From Camelus ferus (lineage: Eukaryota), in contig NC_045706.1 of the NCBI RefSeq assembly GCF_009834535.1, positions 248,001-312,000 on the forward strand: a stretch of DNA of 64,000 bases. The letters run 5' to 3'. The notes beneath the pieces are model-generated. The model saw only the letters and a program-made list of their open reading frames with translations. It had not been told where the DNA came from and searched no databases. Position 1 is the stretch's first letter. Every line of letters begins with the position of its first letter. The position numbers and the translations under genes were made by a program. Positions 61,766 to 64,000 of this stretch are shown one piece after another.

Positions 61766-62649
61766 GGCCCCCATGTGGGCGTGTCTGGACAGAAGTCCAG
61801 GCAGTGGAACCTGTATCTCCCAGGTCCACCCAGCCCGACCCCACCTACCTACCTGCCACCCTGGAATCTGCACCGCCTCCACCCCGCCCACAGGTGTCCT
61901 GATGCTGCAGGCCCTGGGCTTTGTCCCCTGGGGGCATCGGGCCCCCAGGGGGCTGACTGCTCCAGGAAGACCTGCCAGCCCGCCCTGCCCGTGGGGTGGA
62001 GCTCTGCACCAGGACTCCTCCAAACTATGCCGGTTCACTGAAAGTTCTGATAATCTAGTACTGAACGCAAGCAATGTCTGACTCTTGATCCAACATTTCC
62101 ATATGGTTAGCATGCATAATAGCTTTTCTAGTGAAAACCCGCCCCCAACGGTGAAACCCAGGACGTGGGAGGCACAGAGAGACCAGCCACACCACTCCCG
62201 ATGGGCTGGGCGGCTTCGGGGCACAGCACGGCACGTAGTCCTAAACCCCCAACACGCCACGTAGCACGTCCAGCACTCAAATCATCCTTGTGAGGAGTAA
62301 TCATAACAGCTCACCCTGCTTGCACTGAACAGACTCAAAGTCACTCATTACACGCTCCTCCGTTAGCCACGAGGCCTTGTCATCGGACCTGTTCTCATCC
62401 AGGCACCTTGAAGCAGTGGACAGGCTACCGCCCTAATAATTGCTCGTGGTCCTCGCATCATCTGTATTGTTTTGCTTAGAAAATTCAAAAGACGAACGTG
62501 CTCACGGACAAACCGTAACTCTAGCCCGCAGGCTACCAACATCTCTTCCACAAACAGCAACGTGGTGACACCAGCAATTCTTACAAACCTAGCCCTGCCC
62601 CCAGCAATCTGCATAATGGGAATCATTCGTACTAATGAAGCTGAGTCCC

Positions 62650-63148
62650 CCTAGAACTGAGTTGCCTTACTGACTTTAACCTCTGCACCCAAAACTTTAT
62701 TCCCTTTCTTGTCCCCTCTGACCTCAATCCTGTGCTGACTGAACACTAGTCACCCAGAGTCAGATGACTAAGAACACGGCTGTTGATAACACAGTTAAGG
62801 CACTAGAATTGCTGGTGTAGACATCATCATTAAAACCCAGGCTCTCCCCCCAGGGCAGGGTGAGCCAACAGACCCCAGAGCCACAGACCACCTGGCGGAC
62901 TCCTGAAACTAGATTAAGAAATGTCACGGAAATGTTACAGATGTGTCACAAAGCTGTGACTAATCCCAGTTCTCCGCTCTTCCCCTTTAGCAAAATCCCC
63001 TAAGTCACAGACCGAGGAGGAGTGGGTCTGAGACTGTCTCTCCCGCCCTTGCTCAGTGCCCTGGGATAAACCCTCACTTTGCTGCACACACCTGCTGTCA
63101 GTTTGCTTTCTGCTCCGCCGGCACAAGAGCCCTGGCTGGGTTAAGGCA
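62650..63148 (+). mobile_element. ERV LTR, same family as 35483-36063
   Basis: Shared blocks CCCCTCTGACCTCA..CCTGTGCTGACTGAACAC, GAGCCACAGACCACCT, GATTAAGAAAT, AATCCCCTAA, ATAAACCCTCAC. 5' boundary uncertain. Confidence 0.75.
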
Positions 63149-63242
63149 CTGCCATCTTCCTCGTGACCCAACACCAGTGTCATCCAAATAGTGGTCAATA
63201 CAGTCATCACCGCCTTACACTCTCTCCAGTCATTCGTCAAGA

Positions 63243-63723
63243 TGATACAAGAGAAAGGAGGAGGGTGCAGGCAGGTCTCGGTTGAGTCCCTGGGATGCAC
63301 CGCCCTCAAGTGAGAGTCCTTGGAAAGAGTTCAGGAGCAAGCCACAGATGAATAAAGGTAGATTTATTGAGGGAGATGTACACGGGAGTGGGGGGAGCTG
63401 GTTAAATTAAAGGTAATACCCTCTGTAGACAGAGTTCGGGCTGCCTTGGAAGGTGAAGGGGCAAGGGTATTCCCAGGAGCTGGGGCACCTCCCGCTTTTG
63501 ACCTTCTGTGGTCAGCCTCAGGTGTCCTGGCGCCCGTGGGAGTGTCATTTATCAGACTAATGCACTACAACGTGTATCATGAAGCTCAAGGTCCACTGGA
63601 AGTTAAGTATCCTGCCGTCTTGGGCCTCAAGGTCTACTGGGGGTTGAGTCTTCCGCCGTCTTGGTGCTAACTGCTGTGTCATTCCTTCAGTGGCCTTGCC
63701 CTGCCCCCTTCGCTCCTGTCTCA
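63243..63723 (-). mobile_element. ERV1-class LTR, same family as 17447-18082, inverted
   Basis: Reverse strand starts TGAGACAGGAGCGAAGGGGGCAGGGCA and ends CTCAACCGAGACCTG...TGTATCA. Confidence 0.8.
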
Positions 63724-64000
63724 GTAACACGGTGAGGGAAACATACACATCATATAAACAATATTAAACCACCATTTACATGAGAGAAACCCTCATAACT
63801 CTCCCCTCATTACCCTGTCTACTCCCATCACTCAATCCCAAAGTTATTTGGGGGCCTATATGTGGTAGATATAGTTTAACAAAAACATTAGATTGTGAAT
63901 CTCACAACAGAAGCTCAAACTTTGTTATTTCCCACAAAAGTATGCAAATGCCTAATTCACGCCTCCAGATTTAACAATATGGCTTTTTCAAACTTTTAAA

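Noticed and set aside
61780-61802. HNF4 site in the PRAP1 promoter (CTGGACAGAAGTCCAG)
   Set aside because: Only a partial match to CAAAGTCCA with wrong DR1 spacing; too weak to call without data.

Overview
GC-rich mammalian genomic DNA, probably from a camelid (alpaca, llama or camel). That inference rests on two tRNA-derived SINEs resembling the camelid Vic-1 family and a cetartiodactyl-type L1 3' UTR. The window holds the syntenic block found at human 10q26.3, with six intact genes whose exons I reconstructed by hand; all splice junctions and reading frames close. They are SPRN (+, 148 aa), MTG1 (-, 11 exons, 324 aa), PAOX (-, 7 exons, 512 aa, PTS1-like -PRL), ECHS1 (+, 8 exons, 290 aa), FUOM (+, 6 exons, 157 aa) and PRAP1 (-, 5 exons, 132 aa). 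The remainder is introns and intergenic DNA with L1, ERV/MaLR LTRs, hAT fossils, MIR and SINEs. There is no CRISPR array, prokaryotic system, rRNA or true tRNA gene. Most long ORFs in the six-frame track are GC-content artefacts. The most notable unexplained structures are: a triple DR4 (LXR/TR-type) minisatellite in PRAP1 intron 2; a 13-bp-period tandem STAT/GAS array at the start of PAOX intron 1; a U12-type AT-AC intron in MTG1 carrying an LTR with variant telomeric repeats; an LTR with an A26-expanded TATA region upstream of the ECHS1 CpG island; and an orphan NRF1/ETS CpG-rich element plus a candidate unannotated exon between PAOX and ECHS1. Comparisons with human, cattle or rat sequences and repeat family names are from memory and need alignment or RepeatMasker confirmation.
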